NCBI GenBank assembly: GCA_002724675.1
Contig: PBPL01000213.1
Span: forward strand, 1-53,784
Length of the DNA stretch: 53,784 bases
Reading direction: 5' to 3'
Origin: Deltaproteobacteria bacterium
GTDB taxonomy: Bacteria; Myxococcota_A; UBA796; UBA9615
Part shown: one piece after another, positions 9,516-18,357 of the stretch
Numbering within the stretch: position 1 is the stretch's first letter
How the letters are laid out: each line of letters starts with the position of its first letter
Translations under genes and position numbers: made by a program
Notes under the pieces: generated by a model
What the model was told of the DNA's origin: nothing
Databases searched by the model: none
What the model saw: the letters and a program-made list of their open reading frames with translations, nothing else

Positions 9516-10934
9516 ATGAACCGACTCCCGTTCATCGCCTTAGTAGGGCTGTTGCTGACCCCCTCGGTAGCGTTCCCCCACGCTGGAGCACTGCCCCAAT
9601 CGCTGGATGTTCTCCGCTTTCCGGGAGACGAGGACGCGCTGTCGCTGGAGACAACCTTTGGAGTCGTGGTTTCCGCCGATAGCCAGCAGTGGAGATGGAT
9701 CTGCCACGAAACAATCATCCGAGACATGACAGCCGTCCTGCCGCGCTACACACAAAATCGGGACGGAGTGCTGTTGGCCTACACGAACCTACTGTCAGAG
9801 GCCCTCGCTGACCCCAGAGAGTCCGTCTATCGCTCAGAGGACGGCTGTGACTGGGTGGCCCCTCTCGGACTCACTGACGCCGTCGTAGCCGACGTGGCCT
9901 TCGACCCCGAAGACGGTAGCCTCGCAGTCGCAGCCCTCGCGAACTTGAAGCCTGAGAGCGACAACGGGCTCCGCTTCTCCAACGATGGGGGAGCGAGCTG
10001 GGCCCCCGCATTGGTCGATGACGACGACCGTATTTTTCGGAGTGTCCTCTTTGCTCCGGGGGGCAATGGCTTCGTGTGGGCGACTGCAGCGAGGTTCTCC
10101 GTGCTCCAGGCCTGGGTCGCCCGGAGCTCTGACTCCGGGCAGACATGGGAGTCGCAGCCCCTCGACTTCCCCGTCAACGAGTCCACCCAGGTTCTCATGG
10201 ACATTGCAGCAGCCTCAGCGGATGGAACTAGCGTCTGGGTTCGAGTGGACGCTCCCAACACCGACCACATACTCCGCAGCACAGACGGAGGCCTGAACTT
10301 CACAGAGGTCTTCTCTGTGGAGGACATCATCCACGACGCCGCACTCGACCCCTCGGGCACTCTGTGGATCATCACCGAAGAATCGGGACTCCATCGATCC
10401 GACGACGGGGTGACCTTCTCCCCGGTACCCGATGCACCGCGCGCCTTTGGCTTGGACGCCGACCAGCGCGGACTTCTGGTAGCGGCAAACATTTGGTACG
10501 AGGACTACTCCATGGCGGTGAGCGAGGACGGGTTGTCCTTCGAGCCACTCATGTCGCGGAACTACGCAGAGATCCAGGGCCCCGTGGAGTGCCCTGAGGA
10601 CAGCCTCTCCACCCAATTCTGCGATCCCGCCTGGCACATGCTGACCAACCAACTGGGACGGGGTGGTGATGACGACGACAGCGCTGGGGACGACGACACG
10701 GGAGACGACGATGACAACACCACCGATGAGCCGCCCGGCCCAGGGCCCGGCGACGATGACGACGACGGGACCGAAGAGGGCTGCCAGTGCGCAGCGAGCG
10801 CAGTGGCCCCGACGAAGCCATCAGCTAGGCTGCTTGGCTGTCTCACAGCTCTGTTCGTCATTGCGTGGCGACGCGACCGGGCCCTAGAATCTGCAATCCA
10901 TTGGACAACTGACACGGGAAGCAACAGCGCATGA
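9516..10934 (+). CDS. BNR/Asp-box repeat beta-propeller protein with poly-Asp linker and MYXO-CTERM-like tail
   Basis: The start was moved to ATG 9516 (MNRLPFIALVGLLLTPSVAFPHA signal peptide). Asp-box-like SxDxGxxW/F motifs are SEDGCDW, SNDGGASW, SSDSGQTW, STDGGLNF, RSDDGVTF and SEDGLSF. The tail is GGDDDDSAGDDDTGDDDD...GDDDDDGTEEGCQCAAS...LTALFVIAWRRDR. Confidence 0.8.
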   Translation: MNRLPFIALVGLLLTPSVAFPHAGALPQSLDVLRFPGDEDALSLETTFGVVVSADSQQWRWICHETIIRDMTAVLPRYTQNRDGVLLAYTNLLSEALADPRESVYRSEDGCDWVAPLGLTDAVVADVAFDPEDGSLAVAALANLKPESDNGLRFSNDGGASWAPALVDDDDRIFRSVLFAPGGNGFVWATAARFSVLQAWVARSSDSGQTWESQPLDFPVNESTQVLMDIAAASADGTSVWVRVDAPNTDHILRSTDGGLNFTEVFSVEDIIHDAALDPSGTLWIITEESGLHRSDDGVTFSPVPDAPRAFGLDADQRGLLVAANIWYEDYSMAVSEDGLSFEPLMSRNYAEIQGPVECPEDSLSTQFCDPAWHMLTNQLGRGGDDDDSAGDDDTGDDDDNTTDEPPGPGPGDDDDDGTEEGCQCAASAVAPTKPSARLLGCLTALFVIAWRRDRALESAIHWTTDTGSNSA

Positions 10935-11422
10935 GACCTTCTAACTCCTGCCTCCTGACAATCGGACCGCTCGTGCTCCTCGGTCTCGCCGCCGTTGGCT
11001 GTGGCTCCACATCCGATGGCGATGGACCCGCAACACAAGCTGGTTGCGCCGAAGACAGCCGCGTGGAGGCCTACGAGGTGGGCACCGAGAAGCTAGGCGA
11101 CGAAGAACTGGTGCTGTTTCGCATGGGCACTCTCGACCCCGACCCCGTCGATGTGGGCGACAACGGCTGGAACATAAGCCTAGAAGCTGCGGCAACCGGC
11201 GAACCGCTGACTGGTTGCAGCCTGAGCGCAACCCCTTGGATGCCCGATCACAACCATGGCTCCAACAATCCCACAGCCACCGAGGGAGCCGAGGCAGGCG
11301 ACTACCAGTTCACGGACATCGCTTTCATCATGGCGGGATACTGGGAAGTCACTCTGGCTGTGGACTGTCCAGACATCGAGGCGACGGACACCCTCATGGT
11401 CAACTTTTGCATCGAGGGCTGA
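10931..11422 (+). CDS. YtkA/FixH-like lipoprotein
   Basis: It has an ATGA overlap with the upstream stop and lipobox LGLAAVGC. The TPWMPDHNHG...GDYQFTDIAFIMAGYWEVTLAV segment matches my memory of the YtkA-like domain pattern. Confidence 0.65.
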   Translation: MRPSNSCLLTIGPLVLLGLAAVGCGSTSDGDGPATQAGCAEDSRVEAYEVGTEKLGDEELVLFRMGTLDPDPVDVGDNGWNISLEAAATGEPLTGCSLSATPWMPDHNHGSNNPTATEGAEAGDYQFTDIAFIMAGYWEVTLAVDCPDIEATDTLMVNFCIEG

Positions 11423-11449
11423 ACAGCCGCGACAGTGAACCGGCCTCGC

Positions 11450-12799
11450 TCATGGGCCGACACAGTCCCCCACATCGCCCTCCCAGACTAGAACCGTGCT
11501 TTCCAAGTCGAAGGTGGGGAAGTTGGCGCGAATGGACGGGTCGAGGTGACCCGACTCGATCAAGTCGTCGATGACTTCGAGGCCCATGGGGCGCAAGCGA
11601 ACCCGTGATGTGACCCGATCGGGGACCGCACCCAAGATGGGATAGCGAGCCTCCTGATAGTGGTAGTAAGCCGGGTCGGAAGGGTCGAGAGTGACCGAGG
11701 TGCCCAGGAGATTGCTCTCCACCGAGGCGATGTCCCAGAACATGTGCGCTTCCTCACCGTTCTCGTCGAAGCCCTTGTCTCGTAGCAGAAACAGGTACGG
11801 ATCTTCGATGCTCGTAATGGGCACCCCCTCCTCCACGTGGCCGCTCTGAAACAGCACCTCGTCACCACGCCAGGCCGTGACCTCAATCCAGCCCCGTCGG
11901 TCATGCGCAGCTCCACTGGGCCAGCTATGCCCGGCACCCACGTTGTCCAGCCGGACGACGACCTCCGAGCCCCCCGCAAACGGCGCCACACAGATCGTTG
12001 ACGCGAGCGTCGAGTCCAACTCCCGTTGTACATCCAGCCGTTGGTTGTCGGCATCGGGAAAGGGCGTCAATGCCACGTCGACCCCGGCCATACGGTGATC
12101 GTGAAGCCGGCGGATAGGAAGGCCTTCGAGATCAGCCGCCTGACCGTCGCGTCCGCGCGTGTGACAGTTCCCGCAGCTGAGCCGAAACACGGTGTCCTGG
12201 GCGAAGATGCTCTCCTTCCACTCGGCAAACGTGCGCTCCAGATGCACTCCGCGAGGCGTGACAATGTCATGGCAGGAGCCACACAAGGTCGACGACCGCA
12301 GATCGTTCCTGTCGTGGAGCGGTGAATACGCCAACTTGTGCGCCTCCGTAGGCACCGGGTCTGCCAGCCCGCCGAGGAGGATCCCATCCGTACCCAGTCG
12401 AATGGGCGCGTTGTGGTCCCCCTCCACCTCATTGGCAAGATGACAAAAAGCACAAGTGACGCCCTGCATCGGGGCATCTAGCTCATCGAGGTTGAGGCCG
12501 TCTTCCGTGACACCCTGCGCAACCGCCATAGGGGCGTGGCATTGCACACAGAAGTCACCGAGCTCACCGTCAGTCTCTTCCTGACCGCGCGCATTCATTG
12601 CTCGAAACACCGGATCTTCCGACGCGTATGCATGCATGCTGCCAGACCACTCTTGATAGTGATCTGGGTGGCAACTCTGACAGGCGTCGGGGTTGAGCAG
12701 TTGCTCGGCGGTCAAGAGCGTCTGCTGCTCACAACCAGCCAGGCCATGAGTCACCAGCACGCTACACACCAACCACAGAATTCTGCGCGTCATACACAT
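11450..12799 (-). CDS. Pentaheme c-type cytochrome lipoprotein
   Basis: Five CxxCH motifs are present: CQSCH, CVQCH, CAFCH, CGSCH and CGNCH. The start was moved to the internal ATG at 12799 or 12793, giving M(CM)TRRILWLVCSVLVTHGLAGC (signal peptide + lipobox). Confidence 0.85.
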   Translation of the reverse strand: MCMTRRILWLVCSVLVTHGLAGCEQQTLLTAEQLLNPDACQSCHPDHYQEWSGSMHAYASEDPVFRAMNARGQEETDGELGDFCVQCHAPMAVAQGVTEDGLNLDELDAPMQGVTCAFCHLANEVEGDHNAPIRLGTDGILLGGLADPVPTEAHKLAYSPLHDRNDLRSSTLCGSCHDIVTPRGVHLERTFAEWKESIFAQDTVFRLSCGNCHTRGRDGQAADLEGLPIRRLHDHRMAGVDVALTPFPDADNQRLDVQRELDSTLASTICVAPFAGGSEVVVRLDNVGAGHSWPSGAAHDRRGWIEVTAWRGDEVLFQSGHVEEGVPITSIEDPYLFLLRDKGFDENGEEAHMFWDIASVESNLLGTSVTLDPSDPAYYHYQEARYPILGAVPDRVTSRVRLRPMGLEVIDDLIESGHLDPSIRANFPTFDLESTVLVWEGDVGDCVGP

Positions 12800-12848
12800 G
12801 ATCTTAGCGTCAGTCCCACACCGTGACTCGACCACGAAGCAAAGAGCC

Positions 12849-13553
12849 ATGGCATCATCTTGTCTTATGCCGTGGCTCTGCTTGCTACTCCTGCTGTTCC
12901 TAACTGGCTGTTCTGCAGATGGCAACAGCCCTGGCGCGGCCCTCAACGATGACGACGGAGGAGCTGACGAAGGGGACAACACACCCGACTGTGCCTACCC
13001 CGAAGGGGCCACAGAACCCATGACACTGGGAGAGGTCCTGTACCCATACGCCTGGCCCAACGCCATTCACGGTGACGGAACGGAGGCAAGTCTGGACCTG
13101 GAGAACGCGGCCTGCGACACCGACGAGGTCCTAGACTGGAGCCCGTTTGATGTCTTGCTCTTCGTTTCATTGCCCGCCTGGTGACCGGCTTGCAGAACGC
13201 ACGCCGGGTCGGTTGCGAACTACGAAGACGCCATCATCGAGGCTGGGGCTCAGTTGATCTGGGTGCTGGAGTCGGGCTCCCTGGGCGGCGAGGGCACTGC
13301 AGAGTCCTGCCGGAGCACCCTGGACTTCCTCGGTAGCGAGAGCGGCTGGTGTGTGGGCGACAGTGAGACCCAGCCAGAACCTGGCACATTCGACGAGTCC
13401 CCATTCAGTGTGGGACGAGGATTCGACATCATCGTGACGCGGGACGACATGCGCATCGGCTACGCAACGAGCCACGGGACCCCCAATGGGAATGAAAATC
13501 TCGATGGCGAAGCCATTCTCGAGGCCGTCGAGACCATCATCAGCGGTAATTGA
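12849..13553 (+). CDS. Thioredoxin-fold (TlpA/ResA-like) lipoprotein, predicted selenoprotein with in-frame UGA at 13182-13184
   Basis: ORFs 12798-13184 and 13254-13553 are in the same frame, and I read no other stop between them. The join reads DVLLFVSLPAW-[TGA]-PACRTHAGSVANYEDAIIEAGAQLIWVLES, i.e. the redoxin WCxxC motif with TGA at the first Cys. The N-terminus MASSCLMPWLCLLLLLFLTGC is a signal peptide plus lipobox. Confidence 0.6.
13198..13217 (+). promoter_or_regulatory. Candidate bacterial SECIS-like hairpin downstream of the in-frame UGA
   Basis: CGCACG-CCGGGU-CG(GU)UGCG starts 16 nt after the UGA. It has a G/U-containing apical loop and bulged bases. An alternative hairpin CCGGC-U-UGC-AGAAC-GCA-C-GCCGG lies at 13185-13207. 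Both were folded by eye only. Confidence 0.3.
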
Positions 13554-13628
13554 ACCCTACTGCTAGCGACGCTGCGTCCTCAGGCATACAGCATTCGAGC
13601 TCTGACACGCTCTGCCAGTGGCAGTGCG

Positions 13629-14909
13629 TCAGCGGGGTGTGATCGTGGCTGAGGCCCAAACCGCCACCCCGTCGCCCGGGACACTGGCATACCAGTCGGC
13701 GATCGGAGTCGAGTTTGCGCAGCCAGCACCCAGGTAGAGCACTCCGCCGAACTGACCACCAATGGACGACAATGCGCGGATCTGAAAAGCAAGGGTGCCA
13801 GAGACCGTCGGCGTGAAGCTCTGCCAAGCGTGAGCGCTACTCATGCTTCCTGGGAGAAAGGGTGCCGTACTCACCGGGCTTGCCAAGCTGGTCGTCGACA
13901 CATCGACCACGCCATCCACATGGGTGACCAGGTCGAGGTCATAGGCTGAATTCCAATGCCCCATGGACTCCTTCATGTCCACTCCAGAAGCCACGTCGTA
14001 CATACCCGCAGCCCCACCCACATACCCCTGTATGTTCATGCCCGTGGAGAACGTGAGGCCGGTGTCCATGGTGTCGAACGACACGGTGTAGACCTCTGCC
14101 GTCGAGACCGTCACAGCGGGACATCCAGGGTCTGCCGTACAGTCGGGATCCGCGCAGTCCACCAAGAGATCCCCATCATCATCCACTCCATTGGAGCAGT
14201 CTTCATCGTCGGCACTGTCGTCGTCGTCGGCCGGGGTGTCCTCGTCACCCGAATCGTCATCATCCTGGGGGGGATCTTTGACCTCGTCATCTAGGGGGCC
14301 ATCCTTCCCGGTAGAACCTCCATCGGTAGGCACCTCTTCACTTGAGTCGTCGTCTCCTGTGTCCTCGTCGCCGGAGTCGTCGTCACCGACGTCCTGTTGC
14401 GCCGCAAGAACTCCGTAGTAGCTAAAGCTGGATGTCTGGAACTGGGCTACCCCCTCGGTCAGGGCGACGCCTGGCACGGTGATCCAGGTCGTGTCGTTGT
14501 CCGAGCCCAACGTCACCACGCCGATGCTCCCCAGGTCCACATCCAACTCCTCGGCCAGAGGCAAAGAAATCGTTACTGGCTGCGTAAACTGAGTGCCGTG
14601 TGGAGTGAAGGCATAGACACCACTCACCCATTGGAGTTCATCGGGTGCTGGCTGAGGAGGCGCGGCCTCTTGCACTTGGATGTCCACACTGGAATCCGTC
14701 AGAGCGCCTGGGGGAATCGAGACCCACGCACCATCGCCCGAGATGATGGTCGGCGAGCCGCTGGAGTTCTCAGTGCCGCACCCCGTACAAGCCATCCCAA
14801 CGATGAAGAGGACGAGCCCAACGACGGACCCATGGGTGCGGTCCAGTGAACGAAGCGGAACCGACTGGAGCCTGATGGCTATTTGGCTGAAGACGGATGG
14901 CGCTCCCAT
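13629..14909 (-). CDS. Lipoprotein with long Asp-rich linker and Cys/Asp calcium-type motif; function unknown
   Basis: The ORF is 426 aa, with N-terminus VVGLVLFIVGMACTGC (signal peptide/lipobox). An acidic linker GDDDSGDEDTGDDDSS...DDDDSGDEDTPADDDDSADDED is followed by CSNGVDDDGDLLVDCADPDCTADPGC. Confidence 0.65.
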   Translation of the reverse strand: MGAPSVFSQIAIRLQSVPLRSLDRTHGSVVGLVLFIVGMACTGCGTENSSGSPTIISGDGAWVSIPPGALTDSSVDIQVQEAAPPQPAPDELQWVSGVYAFTPHGTQFTQPVTISLPLAEELDVDLGSIGVVTLGSDNDTTWITVPGVALTEGVAQFQTSSFSYYGVLAAQQDVGDDDSGDEDTGDDDSSEEVPTDGGSTGKDGPLDDEVKDPPQDDDDSGDEDTPADDDDSADDEDCSNGVDDDGDLLVDCADPDCTADPGCPAVTVSTAEVYTVSFDTMDTGLTFSTGMNIQGYVGGAAGMYDVASGVDMKESMGHWNSAYDLDLVTHVDGVVDVSTTSLASPVSTAPFLPGSMSSAHAWQSFTPTVSGTLAFQIRALSSIGGQFGGVLYLGAGCANSTPIADWYASVPGDGVAVWASATITPR

Positions 14910-14964
14910 CCAACAACGATAACCCAGGAAGCGTTCAGCGGCAGTCGCTTCCGTGGGCGAAGAG

Positions 14965-17900
14965 TCAGAGCTTCGTGGCCAGCTCGTCGAGACGCTGCGC
15001 CAACTCGGACTCTCCCGACACGCCCAGTGTCACGGCCAGCTGACGAGCCTCGTTGACTGCATCAGTCGCCACATCCTTCTGCTCTTGGCTGAGAGCAAAG
15101 ACTGCCTTTCTGCAGAGCAGCTTCGCCAACTCCAGCAGGTCTCCGACAGTCCGCAGCATCCCCTCACCGGCATCGAGATGCTCGCGCGCGAGGCGCACAT
15201 CTCCGAGCCGGGCAGCTACCGTTCCCAGCGAACCCAAGAAGGCCCCGATAGCGACCTGATACTCCAGTTCTCGAGCCAGGCCGACGGCCTCGGTGAGCCT
15301 CATCTGCGCTTCCGCCAACTCACCCTGCTCGATGGCGAGGTCTCCCAGATTGCCCAAGAGCACCGCCTGCTCTCGCACGTTCCCAAGCTCCCGCTGAAGC
15401 GTGAGGGCAAGCTCCATCAAGGTACGTGCATCCTCCAACCGCCCCTCCTCCCGATGGAAGAGGGCGAGATTGTTGATCACGATCCCCTCCGAACGGCGGT
15501 CCCCGATGGACCGAAAGATGGCCAGAGACCGCTCCATGGATGCTCGCGCAAAGCCGCGCTCGCCCAGGCTCAGCTCCAGCAGCCCCAGCTCACCCAGATG
15601 GACAGCCTCTGCCCGACGGTCTCCAACATCGCGATGAATCTCCAGCGCCTGACGATACATGGCCCTCGCTTCCTCCATTTCACCCCGCTTGCGTAGCATT
15701 CCAGCGAGGCCGCCCAAGCCGTTCCCCTCCAAGCGTCGATGCCCCACATCACGAAAAATCCCGATGGCCTCCTGATAGCGTCTTCGAGCCACGGGCCCAT
15801 CGCCACGAGCCTTGGAGCGCCCTGCCTGGTTCAATGAGACAATCCCCTCCCAGAGCGGATCTCCGGTCGCCTTACAGAGCTTCAGAGCCCTGGCCAGATC
15901 GGCATCAGCCCTCTCCAGATCACCCAGGCCAGCCCGGAGCGCAGCCCGGTCGATGAGCAAGCGGACCTTGCTGGAATCGGCAACGCCATCCAGGGCCAAG
16001 ACGCGTGTCGCCAAACGAAGACCAGCATCGAACGGTCCAGCCATCCGAATTTCCTGGAGGATTGCACGGGCCGCCGACTCGGCGGTCCCCGAGTCTCCCC
16101 GCCCCACGGCGCGCTCGGCAGCAACCAATAAGTTGTCCAACTCGAGACGGAGGCTGTGGCGACGCTCCGTCCCACCCACCTCGTCCAAGCGGTCGAGAAA
16201 CGACGGCGCGCCGAGGGCAGCGTAGTAGACCCCATGACGCTGTTCGATGTCCGAGGGGCGGACCATCACCGCGAGACCGTCCTGGGTCTCTTCCGGGTCC
16301 TCCACACCGCGGAGTTGATCCGATGCGAACGACTGGATGGACAACAAGAGTCGGTACCGAGGCTCACCAGAGTGACGATCCGGCGCTTGGACATGCAAGA
16401 GGCTGTGATCCACTAGATGCTGCAGCGCATCCATCGCCCAGGGGGCGTCGGGCCACGGGCTGAGGTCAAGGACCTGCTCAGCAGCCTCTAGACCGAAGCC
16501 CCCTTCAAAGACGGAGCACTGAGCCAACGAGGCCTGTTCCCACGGATTGAGCAGGTCCCAAGACCAGCGAATCGCTCCCAAGAGCGTCGCCTGCTGGGGC
16601 TTCACCCCCCGACTCGATGACTGGAGGAGTTGGAATCGCGATGAAAGCCGCTCACGAATCGTCTTAGGCGGAATCAGGCGAACTCGCGCTGCGGCGAGCT
16701 CGATGGCCAGGGGCAAGCCATCCAATTCCTCCACAATGGCCCGGACATCCGCCGCATTCTTCCTCTCGAGGGCAAAGTCCGGACAAACCGACTGCGCCCG
16801 ATCCACAAAGAGCTGTATGGCCGGGTTGGCGGCCAATGTCTTGAGAGGAACCTTCTGCTGCGCGACGACAGGGAGGGGGGCTAGCGGGAGGAGTTGTTCG
16901 CCTTCCAGCTGGAGCTTCGACCGACTGGTCAACAGAAGCCGGGCTTGGGTGGCTGTCCGACTCCACTGGGCAACTGCAAGGGCAGACTCACTGTCGAGTT
17001 GCTCAAAGTTGTCCAGGATCAACAACACCTTGCCCCGACCCTGAAGAGCGTCTCCCAGGCGAGCAACAGGGTCCCGAGACGTCAGCGGCACCTGAAGGAC
17101 AGCGCCCACCACCGCGCAGAGGCCTGCCAAGTCACGAGCCAGGGTGAGGTCGCAAAACCAGACACCTCCGGGGAACTGCTCAACCGCCTCGACCCCAAAT
17201 CGCTGGGCCAACCGAGTCTTGCCAGCACCGGCAGCGCCCACCAGCGTCACCACCCGCGACCGCCCGTGGAAGAGACCAGCCAGCCTGTCTAGTTCTTCCT
17301 CTCGACCCACAAAGGTGGTGAGTCGCGCCTGAATGTTGGTGGTTTGAAGCACGCGAAAAGCAACGGTCACGGAGCCGCTCATGGCTCCGGGGTCGTTGGC
17401 ATCGTCCGCCGCTCCACCGCCGAGCCCCCAAGGCCCGCTGGGTGCCACCGTGTCGGCGGTGATGCTCCCATAGGGCACCTGCGGCCTAGAAGCGGCGTAG
17501 TTGGATGCCGTCACTCCCTCGTCGCGAGCCCACTTGAGCGCCTTTAGGACCTCATCACAGGAGGGGATCCGATCGGCTCGATGCTCCCGCACCATGGACT
17601 CGACGACTTCCACCAGGGCAGCAGGGACCCCCTTTTTCAAGAGACCATCCACATCACGCAAGGACAGTCGCCACTCCTTCACCCCGATGGGGCGCGAGCC
17701 ATATCCCGACAGCAGCTCCCAAAAAGTGACGCCCATCGAATAGATGTCCGCGCGAGCATCCAAGTCATCCATGGAGTTCAGCTGCTCGGGCGCCATGTAC
17801 ACGGGCGTGCCCACAGTGACTCCAGTGGTCGTAAGGCGATCGGAATCAATGAGACTAGCGATCCCGAAGTCGAGTACTTTCACCTGGTTGTTGGCCGTCA

Positions 17901-18324
17901 CCATGATGTTGCCGGGCTTGAGGTCCCGGTGCAGACAACCCTCCGCATGGGCATGGGACACCGCTTCGAGCACCTGCGTCATTAGTTGAACCGCCATCAG
18001 AGGCGCCATGGGCGCATCCACATGCTCGGCCATCACCTGGCGCAGTGTTCGACCGTGGACCAACTCCGTGACGATGGCGCACCGATCCCTAAGATCCACA
18101 AAGTCGTAGAGTTGGACGATGTTGTCGTGGTGGAGTCGAGAGAGCGCCTCGGCCTCGACCCGAAGGCGACGACGCAAGCTCGCATCGGAGGCGAGGTGCG
18201 GGTGGAGCATCTTGACGGCCGCCACTACACCGTCTTCTGCTGTGTTCTCCGCTCGGTACACGGTGGCCATGCCACCGCCTCCCAATACTCCCGTCAGCTT
18301 GTATTGACCAACGTACTCGCCCAT
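14965..18324 (-). CDS. STAND-type Ser/Thr protein kinase (kinase + P-loop NTPase + TPR repeats)
   Basis: The N-terminal Hanks kinase has GGGGMATVYRA...AVK, HRDLKPGNIMV, DFGIAS and GTPVYMAPE. The P-loop region is FVGREEELDRL...VTLVGAAGAGKTRLA, with LLILDNFE as Walker B-like. The C-terminal ~350 aa are TPR-like repeats (RGEMEEARAMYRQALEIHRDVGDRRAEA and similar). Confidence 0.9.
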   Translation of the reverse strand: MGEYVGQYKLTGVLGGGGMATVYRAENTAEDGVVAAVKMLHPHLASDASLRRRLRVEAEALSRLHHDNIVQLYDFVDLRDRCAIVTELVHGRTLRQVMAEHVDAPMAPLMAVQLMTQVLEAVSHAHAEGCLHRDLKPGNIMVTANNQVKVLDFGIASLIDSDRLTTTGVTVGTPVYMAPEQLNSMDDLDARADIYSMGVTFWELLSGYGSRPIGVKEWRLSLRDVDGLLKKGVPAALVEVVESMVREHRADRIPSCDEVLKALKWARDEGVTASNYAASRPQVPYGSITADTVAPSGPWGLGGGAADDANDPGAMSGSVTVAFRVLQTTNIQARLTTFVGREEELDRLAGLFHGRSRVVTLVGAAGAGKTRLAQRFGVEAVEQFPGGVWFCDLTLARDLAGLCAVVGAVLQVPLTSRDPVARLGDALQGRGKVLLILDNFEQLDSESALAVAQWSRTATQARLLLTSRSKLQLEGEQLLPLAPLPVVAQQKVPLKTLAANPAIQLFVDRAQSVCPDFALERKNAADVRAIVEELDGLPLAIELAAARVRLIPPKTIRERLSSRFQLLQSSSRGVKPQQATLLGAIRWSWDLLNPWEQASLAQCSVFEGGFGLEAAEQVLDLSPWPDAPWAMDALQHLVDHSLLHVQAPDRHSGEPRYRLLLSIQSFASDQLRGVEDPEETQDGLAVMVRPSDIEQRHGVYYAALGAPSFLDRLDEVGGTERRHSLRLELDNLLVAAERAVGRGDSGTAESAARAILQEIRMAGPFDAGLRLATRVLALDGVADSSKVRLLIDRAALRAGLGDLERADADLARALKLCKATGDPLWEGIVSLNQAGRSKARGDGPVARRRYQEAIGIFRDVGHRRLEGNGLGGLAGMLRKRGEMEEARAMYRQALEIHRDVGDRRAEAVHLGELGLLELSLGERGFARASMERSLAIFRSIGDRRSEGIVINNLALFHREEGRLEDARTLMELALTLQRELGNVREQAVLLGNLGDLAIEQGELAEAQMRLTEAVGLARELEYQVAIGAFLGSLGTVAARLGDVRLAREHLDAGEGMLRTVGDLLELAKLLCRKAVFALSQEQKDVATDAVNEARQLAVTLGVSGESELAQRLDELATKL

Positions 18325-18357
18325 TGTCGCCTGGTCAGGCCACCCCTTGTCGCTCAG

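Noticed and set aside
12798-13553. Interpretation of the two same-frame ORFs as a pseudogene or sequencing error
   Set aside because: The only interruption is a single TGA exactly where the catalytic Cys of a WCxxC redoxin motif belongs. The downstream sequence continues the thioredoxin fold in frame, and hairpins follow the TGA. Sec recoding explains this better, though pseudogenisation cannot be excluded without genome context.
13554-13628. Search for a bidirectional terminator between the convergent redoxin and lipoprotein genes
   Set aside because: Only very short palindromes were found (CTGCC-agt-GGCAG; GACGC-t-GCGTC), with no U/A tracts. This is not convincing.
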